Source of the DNA: Lophium mytilinum
Lineage: Eukaryota
Length of the DNA stretch: 64,000 bases
Assembly (NCBI GenBank): GCA_010093605.1
Contig: MU004183.1
Span: 1,860,001 to 1,924,000 of the forward strand
Reading direction: 5' to 3'
Part shown: positions 1-12,190 of the stretch, in pieces
Numbering within the stretch: the first letter of the stretch is position 1
Layout of the letters: each line of letters starts with the position of its first letter
Made by a program: the position numbers and the translations under genes
Notes under the pieces: model-generated
What the model was told of the DNA's origin: nothing
Database searches by the model: none
Seen by the model: only the letters and a program-made list of their open reading frames with translations

Positions 1-143
1 GTTTTGAGGTTCTTATCGATAAAGCTCATCCTGGGATTTTTCGTCCCACCTCACCCCATACATTTTTCTTATATACCTGCATATTGTATATTTACCAACG
101 TATATCATTATTAGACCAATATTAGAGCGACTAGAATCTCAGC

Positions 144-1076
144 ATGGCAGACCTAGACCTCCAAGAAATCCACGACTACCTAGTCTCGCTCGCCCACAAA
201 GCGGGCGAGATGATAACCTCCGCCCATCCTACAACATCTGCATCAGGAACTAAGAAGAATTGTTAGTTCTACACACATACATGACTCCCTAGCAGTAAAC
301 CCACCTTATAATTCCCATCCCTAGCCGCCGACCTCGTAACCGAAACCGACCGCGCCGTCGAAACCCTCATATCCACCTCCCTACACACCCACTACCCCCA
401 CATCCTCTTCATGGGCGAAGAGACCTACAAGCCCGGGGACCGCCTCACCTCTGCCCCAACCTTCATCGTCGACCCCATCGACGGCACCACCAACTTCGTG
501 CACCGCCTCCCCTACGCCTGCATCTCACTCGGGCTCGCCATCAACCTCGTCCCCACCGTCGGCGTCGTCTACAACCCCTTCACAAACACGCTATACAGTG
601 CCATCACCGGCCGCGGCGCATTTCTGAACAAGACGACGCCGCTGCCCCTCGCGGCTCCGACGCCGTTAGGCGAGTTGAGCAATTGCCTCGTAGCGGTGGA
701 GTGGGGTAGTGATCGCAGCGGCAACGATTACGATGTTAAGGTCGCCACGTTTGCGAAGCTCGCGGGGGGGAAGGAGATTGGGGGGTCGATGGTGCATAGT
801 CTGCGCTCGTTCGGGTCTGCGGCGCTGAATATGTGCGCTGTGGCGAGTGGCGCGATTGATGTGTACTGGGAGACGGGGTGCTGGGCGTGGGATGTGTGTG
901 CGGGGTGGGTGATTCTGAAAGAGGCTGGAGGGTTAGTGGCGGATGGGAATCCGGGAGGGTGGGAGCCGAGGGTGGATGGGAGGCGCTATTTGTCTGTGAG
1001 AGGCGGGGAAGGCCAGAAGGAGCTTGTGGAGGAGTTTTGGGGGGTGGTTCAGGGGAAATGTGAAGTTGGACTCTAG
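144..1076 (+). CDS. Inositol monophosphatase (2 exons; intron 262-324)
   Basis: ATG at 144. GT..AG intron joins KKN to SADLVTETD. Motifs DPIDGTTNF, RSFGSAAL and WDVCAG of the IMPase family. Confidence 0.93.
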
Positions 1077-1126
1077 AAACTGTGATATATAAAAGTATGT
1101 AGAGCTATAATTTGCAGCTAGAAACC

Positions 1127-1396
1127 TTACATCCCATTCTGGATTTTTCGGGTACACTGGAGGACTCTAAACGTTGCTAGAGTGGTGTAGGATGCTGAAT
1201 GTATGAATGACGCGTCACGTACTTTGCATCTCATCTTGAATTTTCCTGGTACGTTGGAGGACCTTAAACGGTGCTGGAACGGTGTAGGAAGCTGGATGTA
1301 TGAACAACAGCGTCATGTAATTTACATCCTGTTCTCAATTTTCCTGGTACGTTGGAGGACCTCAAACGGTGCTAGGATGGGATAGGAAGCCAGACG
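1127..1396. repeat. ~98-bp degenerate tandem repeat (~2.8 units), inverted relative to the array at 24.4-24.9 kb
   Basis: GGAGGAC anchors at 1159, 1256 and 1354 (spacing 97 and 98). The reverse complement matches the 24.4 kb unit (..gcttcctacaccgtt.cagcaccgtttaaggtcctccaacgtacc..). Confidence 0.9.
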
Positions 1397-1883
1397 GACT
1401 TCGAAGAATTCGCTCGCGGGGCACTCCACCCATTCTTTACCTCCGAGTTCACGAAGCGAGATGATTCTCCTCGCGGTCTCGTGACCTGCCTCAAGATTCA
1501 CGGAGATAGCTCCGAAACTGGGAGATCGTGATTCGGGCCTTTGGTATTGGGGTGAAAACTAGCTGCGATATTGCGGGCCTAGAAACTTGAGAGGAATAGC
1601 AGAGGTGCTTCGATAAGGTAAGGAGATATAGTAGACGGGAAATAGAGTGAGGGGATGAACTTCTGGAGGAAAGTCGGAGGTAAGGGAATATCAATTTCAC
1701 CGCCATCGCACATTGGACTTGAGTGTAGATACATCTAGCAAAAGAGACTAGGTATGTATTGCGTGCTACTAAGTAAGAACCCCTGACCAATGGTATCGAT
1801 CATCCATCATGTTCATTTTCGTGAAAAAGACCAAAGAAACAAACCCAACCCATTCCCCGTAACGTGCCCCAACCTTCTTAGCC

Positions 1884-2813
1884 TCAAGTGGAGGCGGAAG
1901 CAGCGGGCTTCTCGCTCTCGTTCTTGGCGCAGTTGTTACATGCGCACTTGCCAGGAGGACACGGGCACTTCTCAGCTGTCGAGCCACAATTGCACGCGGT
2001 CTTGCCCTCTGATACCTCATGCACACCGGCCTCCTCCACAGACGGCTTCTCGCCCGTGGCACCCGCCGCATGCTGCTTCTTCAGATCCGCCAAACGCCTC
2101 GCCTCCGTATGCACATCCACCACCTGCTTGTTCCCCTCGGTATAGAGACTCGCAATCTTCTGGCCTGTGGGCGTACCCAGGGCCTTCTCAAAGTACGAGT
2201 TGATGCCACGCCATCCTGTGACCGCCTTATCCGTGACACCCAGCTTGGTGTCGACCGCCTGCGCCTTCTCCGTCGCCTTGAACTTGGTGTCGAACTGCTT
2301 CAGCGCTGAGGTGAAGCGGTTGCTGATGCCGTGCTGCTTGTCGAGGGCGATGGCACGCTCGATGGCGTTGTCGGAGATGACGTAGCCGTGGGCGAGGTAC
2401 TCGGCGACGATGCGAGAGCGAGGCTTATCTTCTTGCTCGAGCTCGTGCTCGTGCTCTTTCTCAAGAGCATCTTCGGTCGTGACGTGGCCGGCGGCAATCT
2501 GGTCGATGGACTTGGCAGAGGTAACAGAGACGGCGGACGGGCCGAGCTGGGTGTTGTCGAGGAGGAGGGCGGTTTTCGCGGCCGTCTCTTTCTCGAAGGT
2601 TACGGTTGCGGATTGGGAGTCTGCGGTGGGGGTGACGGAGAGGGTGGAGATTTTACCGCTGCTTGGTGTAAGTGTTTGTTCATGGCGATGGATGTGCTGA
2701 TGCAAGTTTTCTTGGAATAATAGGCAGCGAACTTACCAGAAGCTGAAGAAGTCTCTGACTTCCTTCTCGCTCGTCTGGGTGGAGATGTTCTCAACGTGGA
2801 CTGTGGTGGCCAT
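1884..2813 (-). CDS. Vip1-like RRM RNA-binding protein with a Cys-rich C-terminal tail (intron 2736-2659)
   Basis: Spliced N-terminus MATTVHVENISTQTSEKEVRDFFSFCGKI (RRM). KPRSRIVAEYLAHGY...DKQHGISNRF is typical of fungal Vip1 homologues. Confidence 0.85.
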
Positions 2814-5058
2814 GTTTGCGATATAGGGATAAAAGTTTGGGTGCTGGGTGTGGTAACTGAGTGCGGATATCAAGTGCGTGTATGAGTGATGTGGGAAGTC
2901 GATGAGCGGTGTATTCAGGCAGAGGGTTGTTTATAAGCAGACCTGGTTGTTGAAACGAGGGGCGACGACTGCAATGACGTTGCAGCTGGAAACGCCACAA
3001 CGAATGACTGGGCACGGACCCCGACACGCGGATCCTGTCTCAGCCACTGTGGCTGTGAAATACGTTAGCTTGCCAAGACGGGGAGCATTCTTGTGGAACT
3101 GTTTGCGATGCTCCTCGACTTCACGTGCTACGACGAGCGTCGCAAACAGGACAGCTGGTTACTGTGGTTCTGGAACGGGAGTCGCCCTGGTATGAATGCG
3201 TGCATTGCATTATCTCCTCATTCCAGGGCTGGGGAAGGCGCTATCTGATTACACTAGGGAACCTTGGTGATGCGACCTAATCTGCATCCCAGCTCATAAG
3301 ACGGCCGCTCCTCCCTATCCTTAAATGAACAATAATACGAAATCCCATTGCGTCAAGGAGTTGGACAAGTTACTAGGGCCCAACTTGAGGGGAGGTCAAA
3401 TGAAACTATTTCCAAGTCTCGGGTGCAGTGTAAACGAGCCAATGAGCGTCGAGGTCTCATGGAGACTCGTGATCAAGCCCCGCTTGAATTTTTCTGCAGC
3501 TGTCAAATGCAACGTCCAACGCGAACGAAATGCAACAACTGGACGGACAGCTATCACTAAATTGTACCGAAACGTGTACGGCAGCCGGCTTGTGAAGCTA
3601 GCACCACCCCGCACATGTCACTAGCCATATGGTTCGAGAATCTTCCGTTTCGTAACAGCATCAGAGTACGGTAAGTTGAGCCGAGATGAATGAAAAACAC
3701 TCGATAGCCGTCCCTCACGGCCTCTGAGCATGCCAGTCAACCTAGTCCTGGATAGACGCAAGGGTCTTTGCCGACGGCTACCGTTGTTCAAGCACGGAGA
3801 AGGGTCCATCTTCTCGTTCATCCCTGCGCATCTCACGCGATACGGGTTCTGAAACTCCATTGTGCTGGAGCCATCCATAGCCAGCTTGCATATGTACATG
3901 TATCAGGTCGCGATATTCACGACATGGCACAGCTGCAGCCTTTGGAAGATTTGGTGTGCCATTGATAAGTGCCTGACTCGCACTACGGCAGAAAAGCAGG
4001 AAGCCGGACTCCTATTCCTCCCGTCCGGTGAGGATTCGGGCCGTTTTGCGAGCTGCAAGATACGGGAAACCCAGCGCACTGGCACGCTGGAGCGAGCAAG
4101 TTTCGTGGAAAGACTCGAACGAGGAGCGACGAGGAGACCAGGCCACCTGGAGATGGGCCGTGGACCCCACATCGATGGCAACCGCTAACGGCGATCGTCG
4201 CTCCAGGCATGGCGGATGTGCCTTGGCCTAAATGCAGGTGCCCAGCTGTGAGATAGAGAGGGGTCGCTATCTGACCGCCTTTTTCCACGACGAAGCGATT
4301 TTGCGCTCCCCTCGCTGCTCCCAACGCTGTGCAATGCATTGAAATGGCCGAAAAAGCACCATTTCCCTGCTCCTGCTCCCAAATGGAGCCCTCGGGCGGA
4401 GAATAGACAGATGGAGATACAGTTGCGGAACGGCGCAGAGCCGCCACATCATCTGCAGCCGAAGCAAGGATTTCCGCCTTCCGGGGTGTGGGCCGACATC
4501 GGGCTGGCCTATCAGCTGGTGTACTAAATCTTTTTACTTCTTCCCGAGACAGGGTATTCGCGGGCCAGTGCATGCATCCAGCGGCGCCTTAACAGCGTCG
4601 GAACACGGCCGGCGTTGGGATATCAAAACTCTAACGACGATGCGAGATAAGCAGCGTAAGCAGGCAGGATGCAAGCAGCGCAACACGATCGGCGAGTGAG
4701 AGTCAAAATATGCGCAGTGGAGGAGGATAGAATGCGAGAGGGGAGTGTAGCCGCTGTGGCGAGGGCGTTGCATGCGGAGAGGTGGAGCTGTGAAAGGAAT
4801 GCATGTCTGATTCGGGCAAGCACGGGCCGTCGTTCGGTGGTCGTGTGCCGGTGTTGACCTGATAAACTTCTTCCTCCACCCCGCCCACAACACTCTTTCC
4901 ACTTCACTCCATTCTGTCTGCCACTTCCGTTTGCAGCTCTTCTTCTTCAATCTCTGGGGCTCCCTAGGTCAAACGCAGCGAACGCTCATATACCGTTCCG
5001 TCGAGCCTGCCCGCTGCGTGTTGGCACAACCGTAAGATCTATATCAGGCTCCCAGATC

Positions 5059-7024
5059 ATGTTTCTCACTCAAACAAGAACTCCTCGTGACCCCAACAAA
5101 TTTCCCACGGTCCAGCTCTTCATCCTTGGTACGTTATCTCCCAAAGCGCTTGCAGCATCGGGAACGGAGAGTCGGCCTGCACTAGACTTGGTACGCCGCA
5201 GGTCTTGCTGCAGCCGGAGTCACACTCATTGACTGTCACTCCACCCCCTCACGAAAATCGCAATGCATGAGATCCCACTAACTTAGTGTTCCAATAGCAC
5301 TCGTACGCGTTGCGGAGCCCATTGCTCTCACTTCTATCTTTCCGTATGCTTGGAAGCTCGTTCTCTATTACAATGTCACCGACGAAGCCAACGCCGCTTT
5401 GTACGCCGGCATCCTCATCTCTGCCTTCGCTCTCGCCGAGGCCTTGACTGGCATGTACTGGGGAGGTCTTTCAGATCGTATCGGAAGGAAGCCGGTCCTC
5501 TTGCTAGGATGTGCCGGTACTCTGCTGTCCCTCCTCATCCTCGGCTTCGCCCCCAACTTCTGGGTTGCACTCGCTGGCAGAATCCTCGGAGGCATGCTGA
5601 ACGGAAACATTGGCGTAATTCAGACTATGGTTGGAGAGCTAGTTACGAAACCTGAGCACGAGCGTATGCTTTCCCCTTAGCATCGTCATTCAACCTTTAC
5701 TGACTGTACCTAGCTCGAGCCTACGCTGTAATGCCATTCGTTTGGTCGGTGGGAACTATCGTTGGGCGTGAGTACACGGATGCTTCCGTAACCTAGATTT
5801 AATACTAATTTTCGTCCAGCTTCTATTGGCGGGTACTTCGCTAATCCTGCCGAGAACTTCTCTATTTCCCCGCATAACATCTTCGCCAAGTTCCCGTATC
5901 TCCTCCCTAATCTTATTTGTTCCGTTTTCATGCTCGTTGCCATTGTCGCTGGATATGTTTTCCTCGTCGAGACACATCCAGACATGCAACCATGGAGCAC
6001 TCCGGAAGATCTGGACAACACCACGGCTCAGACGCCTCTGCTTCCAACTGCAGGAGCCACAGCTCATGCCGCTGCGAACTTGACCACGGAGTCATACGGG
6101 ACGTTCGACGCCGTCGATGTTCAGCGGAAGGAAAATTGGCACGTAAAGTCCGACGGACGTTCCGCTTCCATATCTTCTGAGGAGAATGGGAAGGTCTTTA
6201 CGAAGAATGTGGTCATGTTAGTTGTCGCCTTAGGCATCTTCACGTACCATTCGGTAAGTCTGGCTTCTGGTTGAATATGTAGTCCTTATCGGCCACTGAC
6301 ATTTTTCAACAAATAGATGACTTATGACCACCTGCTCCCTATCTTTCTCCAAGACCGACGGATTGACGAGCTCTCAGTCAATGCCGATTCTTTCTCGCCA
6401 ATGGCCGGCGGACTTGGGCTTTCTACCCAACAGGTTGGCATCATTATGAGTTTCAACGGTATCATTGCGCTCGTCATCCAAGCCGCTGTGTTTCCACTGA
6501 TGGCCGCCTGGCTCGGAGTGTGGAGACTTTTCATTTTCGTCACCATTGGCCATCCTATCGCTTACTTCATCGTCCCATACCTTGCAATGCTTCCCGAGTC
6601 CTGGGTATACCCTGGCATCTATTTCTGCCTTGGTATTCGAAATTTCTTCTCCATAGTGGCCTACCCGCTCATCCTTATTCTCCTCAAAGAAGCTTCGCCA
6701 TCTACGACCCACCTTGGGAAGATCAATGGCCTCGCTGCAAGTACTGGAGCCGCTTGTCGTACTATGGCTAGTCCGATCGCTGGCTTCCTCTACGGTCTCG
6801 GCATCCAGCTGAACTTCACTCCAATTGCCTGGTGGGCAAGCGCGGTGGTCGCTGTGATTGGAGCATTCCAGGTCGCTTTCGTGAAGAGGAAGCACAAGCG
6901 AGAGACTCATATCCTTCCCGCAGCTCCGTGCCGCTTTATGCCTGCTGAGGAGCCCTTCAAACCCGACATTGTTTATATCACGGTCGACCCCACTTCGGAT
7001 GATGAACGCGAAGTCGAAGTTTAG
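5059..7024 (+). CDS. MFS transporter (DHA1/TCR-like, YCR023C-like), multi-exon
   Basis: FPTVQLFIL/ALVRVAEPIALTSIFPY, MFS motif A WGGLSDRIGRKPVLL, LNGNIGV, and multiple hydrophobic segments across ORF pieces separated by GT-AG introns. Confidence 0.9.
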
Positions 7025-8673
7025 TGCTTGCTTGATGATTGATTGATTGCTTTCGAGTATGTTTTATATCCAAAGCGTTGATGCGGGTGAGAACCGATTA
7101 AGCATTGCAAAATCCACGGTCATTGGTGGGTTGCTTTTCAGCATGGCGTTTCTGGAGTTTTAGTATCTCATTTTCTAGTTCTCTTCTTCGGCGTATAGAC
7201 CGGTCTTCCTTTCGGCGTTGAAGCGTGCTTTGAGCGTGCTCTGAGACTTGCGTGCATATTTGGTCTTTTACTCCGTCGTCAATGTAGTTTCTGCGAGCGA
7301 TCTTTTGGCGCATTCTTCCATTTCAACGGCATTGCTGCCAGAATTTTTTGGCGATTGTAGGTGGGGAAGAAGGATTATGAGACATGGCAGAGGTACAGGT
7401 ATAAGAAAGAATGCAAAACTATACAAAACTTCTCGGATTGTCTAGTGACGTGCTTTCCTACGCATTGATCGGTTCGACTTTCGACAGTGCCTTACCATAG
7501 GTATCCGTACACTTTCTTGCTAGTGTTTATATGGGGCGCCAATGTACCGGTAGAAGATACACTTCAATCTAAATAAACCCTGCTCACGCTGTCCGATGGA
7601 GCCTCACAAGTTTACTAGCTGTCCAGAATGCCGAATTTCTCTCCTGTTCAAAAGTCGAAAATGCTAATCGGATCTAAGCTGAAACCTGCCCTTCGTCTTG
7701 TTGCGAGGTCTTTATGAGCGAGGCTCAGCTGATAGGCCATAGGCATGGTGGATCCCATACCAAGCCGGCGCTGCACGCGTTTCGAGATGTCTACGAGCCA
7801 TTAAAGTGTGCTCGTCGGGATCGCCCGATCGTGGGAATACGGACGGTCCTTGCGACGGTAGCCTTTCGGATTGTTAACATGTGCACTGCACGTATACGTT
7901 TTTCTCTTGTCCGCTCCCTATCCCGCCATGATGAGGTCACTAAAAGGCGGTGCTTTCAATACTACTGTTGGGTGGAGTGGATAAAGAAGGCGAGAGTCGG
8001 ATGAGTCCGGTTCCGATAGCTTCACAGGGAGGCTAATGGCAAGGTACTACACTGTCTTGCTACTGTCACAGGTGCTTCAGCAAGATTTGGAGGATCCGAA
8101 TGAGATGTGAGCTCATACTTTTGAACAACCCGTAGAATCGTTACGCCATCTCAGACGGCGTCGCTCGCACATATACTCGAAGGAATATCGGTATACGCAC
8201 TGTGCGAATTCTCGTGGTTTCTAAAATAGACTCGGATAAATATGGCTCAGTAGTGCAGCCAGCTATGATTAGCATGGTTGTTTACGGAAAAAGGAAGCTT
8301 TCTAAAGGTTTAAGAAGTATCACGCTGATCACGTCATATGACTTGCTATGGTTATGCTAGCATATCAAGAGTTATAGTCTACCAATCAAGCCATCCAAGA
8401 TTGGATTGTCTATTTCTCTATCGACTCACTGCTTGACTTTGATCCCACCCAATCAATCAGAATCCGCGGTGGGTTTCCGGCGACTTTGCGCAGGAAGTAG
8501 CACGAGCTACTACTTCTCTTACTCATAATTCTAACATGAAACGTCACTCGCTGGCTCTGTCACAGCTGTGAGTAGGAAGACACACTTGCGTAACATGTAC
8601 TCACGAGCTTATAGCTGTCCTCACCATGTATTTCTCCACAGATACATGTAAATATCGCCTTACGTTATGAGAC

Positions 8674-9705
8674 CTATACCCTGTACATGTCCTCTAGGTA
8701 CTCTACCATTCGTCTCTGCAGCGCCAACAACTCATCTTCAGTGATCTTCGGCCCAACCCCACTAGCCGCTGGCGGCGGTGTACCTGCTGTCTTTTCCTCG
8801 TCTGGGGGGATGATTAGCTCTGGCTTAACACCGAAGAAGGGCACGCCTAAACGCTTCAGTTCTAAGGACATGTTGTCCACCATCAGCTGCACCGCTCGAT
8901 AGATCCGCTTATCGAGCTGCTTAAGCTCGATCTCTGCTTGCTCGGCAGACTATTCACGATCAGCTTCATCCGCACACGGAGCGCTGGGACACCGTCAAGG
9001 GCTCCAAGAACTCACCACAGGCGCAGCATCAAGAGAAGTGCCCAGCGAAGATCTGTAACGGTAAGCCAGAGCCAGAGCCATTCAACCTTGCGTGATGACG
9101 TACAGTATACTCTTCAGATTCTCGTCATTGTCTGATCTGGCAGCGTGCGCCTTCAGCAGAGCTTCCCTCTCCGCCTGCCTAAACAACGTTAATCTGATAG
9201 CTTTCATGCCGCTTGTAAGGAATACCTACCACGTCTTCTCTTGATGCTCTTGGTCGGCCATCAACTGCATCATGTCAGCGCAAGAACGTCGTGAAGTTCA
9301 TCTGGCACATACCTTCCGAATCGCCATCTTGAAACTCGGAGTCTGAGCCGCGATCTTGCTGACGCAACGTAGACCATGCGACCATTCGGTGATCGTAGCA
9401 GGGTCGATTAGGGGAGGTGCGGAGCTGGTCCGGGGTGGATCTTGGATACTTGACCGGTGCTGGGGGACGGTTCGTTGGTCCTGTCGCGTGCTCGTGGGTC
9501 GGACCGGGAGCTGTTCGACATTTGTAGAAGGCTGTGAAGTCGCTTGAGTTGGATGAGTTGGGTCATAGAAAGGCTCTGATTGATGTTGAAGAAGGCTGGC
9601 TGCTATGTCCTGGCCTGGCTGCTGTGGGGTTGCAGGGGCTAGAGATGCCAGAGTTCGCAGGACAGAGGCTAAGTCTGGGACCTGGGGGTTGTGGTTCTCT
9701 GCCAT
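8674..9705 (-). CDS. Conserved fungal hypothetical protein (DUF2458-like), multi-exon
   Basis: ORF pieces DPATITEWSHGLRCV.. and ELKRLGVPFFGV..ELLALQRRMVEYLEDMY with intron signals between them. Family name is from recall only. Confidence 0.65.
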
Positions 9706-10146
9706 TTGAGATGCGATCTAGTTGTGACAGTTTGAGAGAGTACTGAGTTGATACTTTTGATGGAGAAGATTAGATAGAGCGCGGAGCCTGGGATGCTCGG
9801 CGATGAACTGAATGAGTGGTATCAAGGAGAGACTTGTAGAAAGTCGTTCCAGCCAATCGACCCGAATGCAAACATCATCAAAGCACTAACTATCCACCAT
9901 AGATGTAGAACTCTTAATATCAAGAAATCATCCACGGCGTTGTCTTCACCAACCCCCCAGCCTCGTTGTCGGCGAAATCACCTCCGTCACCACCCCCGGC
10001 CCACGCCACGGCTCTCTCCGACTTTTTCCCAGTGGTTCGATTCGACGACACCTCAAGACCTCTCGAGAAACCCCCCCCCAAAAAAATCCGCCCAATTCCA
10101 CTCCCCACCCCCCATCCAGCACCTTCCCAGCAGCAGCACCCGGCCC

Positions 10147-11005
10147 ATGATGGCACGCTCAGCCACGGACGCCACCCGCTTCACCGCGACGGGGCCCTAC
10201 GCACACTCAAAACCCAATACGGCGTCGACGCTGCAATTCGCCGGGCCGCCGCCCCCAAACGAGACGCCGCAACAGAAGGTCATACGGCTGCGAGAAGGCG
10301 CGCGGAAGGCGAAGTTGGCGCGTATCAGCAAGTTCGATAGGGTTGTGGCGACGGGTAGGGTGGTGGCGGATGCTGCGCATCGGACGACGGCGTATGGGCT
10401 TATTTTCTTAACGGGTATGTCACTCAATTGGGCTTTGGGGATGCTGGGGATTGCTATGAAGTGCTTCTGCGTGTTTGAGACGGATGCTGATTGTGGGTTT
10501 TCTAGGTGTTGCGGGTCTGGTTACTGTATTCTCCCTCGGTGACATGATCGTCTACAATCGTCGGAAGAAGCGAGAGTACTTCGCTGAGCAGCAGGCAAAG
10601 CACGCGAAGGATTTGGGAATCGCCCGGTTAGCTGCAGCTGATGGCAGTGCGGATGAGAACCAGATACTGTTGTTGAACAGGGAGAGGGCCGCGGAGGAGG
10701 CGGAAGTTGCGAAGCAAAATCGGAAAGGCTTCTTCAAGTCTACACTACAATATCTCTATGGAAGCCCCGAGCAGCAGAAGGAGGCAGAGCAGAACGCGGC
10801 GAAGACGCCATCCGAGTTGGTGGAGGGGTTTAAAGAGGAGGTTCATGATAAGACTGGCAATCTTGGGATAATGAAGGCAGTAGAGGAGTCGAGAAAAGAG
10901 CAGTCATCCTTAAAAGGCGGACCATTGGATGAGCTAGCAGACAATGCGGCGTCATCGACAGCTGCAAGCACAAAAGGCTGGACGAGCTGGATAACAGGCC
11001 GGTGA
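10147..11005 (+). CDS. Cytochrome c oxidase assembly (Cox14-like) protein (intron 10415-10505)
   Basis: MARSATDATRFTATGP..ETPQQKV..ADAAHRTTAYGLIFLT|GVAGLVTVFSLGDMIVYNRRKKRE with one TM segment. Splicing keeps the frame. Confidence 0.7.
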
Positions 11006-11272
11006 GGGCAAAAGTCGATATAACCGTTCTGGTGCGGAGGTTGTCTGGAGGAGCTTGTAGCTCTCTGATGTATAATATGTCGTTCACAACTGTATCATTC
11101 TATCTTGCATAGAGAGGTGTACAGTGGGCACGGAGTTCAGGTGGTAGTCCTGTCAATTGACAGGGCGTTACTTTTATTCAAGGGTATCGCATTTTACAGT
11201 ATTCGTCCAGTTCAAACCGAAAGCCAAGACGCCCAATCCAATTGTATCATGGTTGCCATTCGTTGACTCCAT

Positions 11273-11873
11273 CTAACGATCTGTACTGCCTACTGGAATA
11301 TAATCCCGTCGTTCTCTCGCTTTCTGTACCACCGTTAGCACCATACTCAAATAGTACGGATCCGTAAGGCCCACCTCTGACCACTGATCTATCCATGGCC
11401 GAACAGCCGCATACGTCAACAGTCCTACTGTCGCAATTATAAATATGAATACGACCGCTTGGTCTTTAGTCGAGTCCCGCTCTGTACCACCACTGTCAGC
11501 TCCTTCTGATATACCCATTCATAAGATGTAACATACGGAAGCAAGTTGTGAAGACCTCCTCCTCTGGCGCGCCCTGGCAGAACGGATAGCCCAGACAGAA
11601 CTGGCGATTACAGTCGCTGCACGTCCTCCTCGAAGCCCGCTCTCTGAGTAGATCTGGATCTACGGGCTTCTTGGTGGCAGGGCTGTCGAGAGCCACAATC
11701 GTGCTATTACCGTTGCAGGTGCATTTGCAGAAGGAGGTGGGGGCTGTGAATGGTGAGCTTATGTTCATTGTTACAGATGGTGGTAAGGTCATACAGGCTG
11801 CGGAGACGCTCGAAATAAGAGTAAGCGCAAGGAAAGCGAGCAAGATCAAAATCCAGGACCGTCGGGTTTCCAT
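11273..11873 (-). CDS. Small Cys-rich single-pass membrane protein (conserved fungal hypothetical), multi-exon
   Basis: Signal-peptide-like N-terminus, FCKCTC..CSDCNRQFC..C..TTCF, then RDSTKDQAVVFIFIIATVGLL TM segment. Confidence 0.7.
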
Positions 11874-12190
11874 AGTATATCAAGGTGTTTCAGACAATAC
11901 TAGAATCGGGCGGCAAAAGCTGGAATACCGCGATGTTGAGGGACCAAGGACGATTGAGCCATGGATGCATGTCATTTGTCTACGGCGCTAGCCAGCTTCC
12001 CCAGCCGCCGAGCAGAACCTTTTGCTGGACCCCTCCACTCCACTCCCGCTCTACTTGCGACCACCATACCCACGACTAGCATCATGCGGCTTTACTAGCA
12101 AGCGCCTGTATTTAGCAGCATCTAGATTTTGTTCTATTTCCGGCCGCGCTGTACAACTCTCTTTTCCTACCGCCGGGACAGGTCGTACAA

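Noticed and set aside
3000..5000. ORFs in the long Vip1/MFS divergent intergenic region (also 7.1-8.6, 35.7-36.9 and 46.7-48.1 kb)
   Set aside because: No recognisable domains, consistent splice model or RNA gene signature could be supported.
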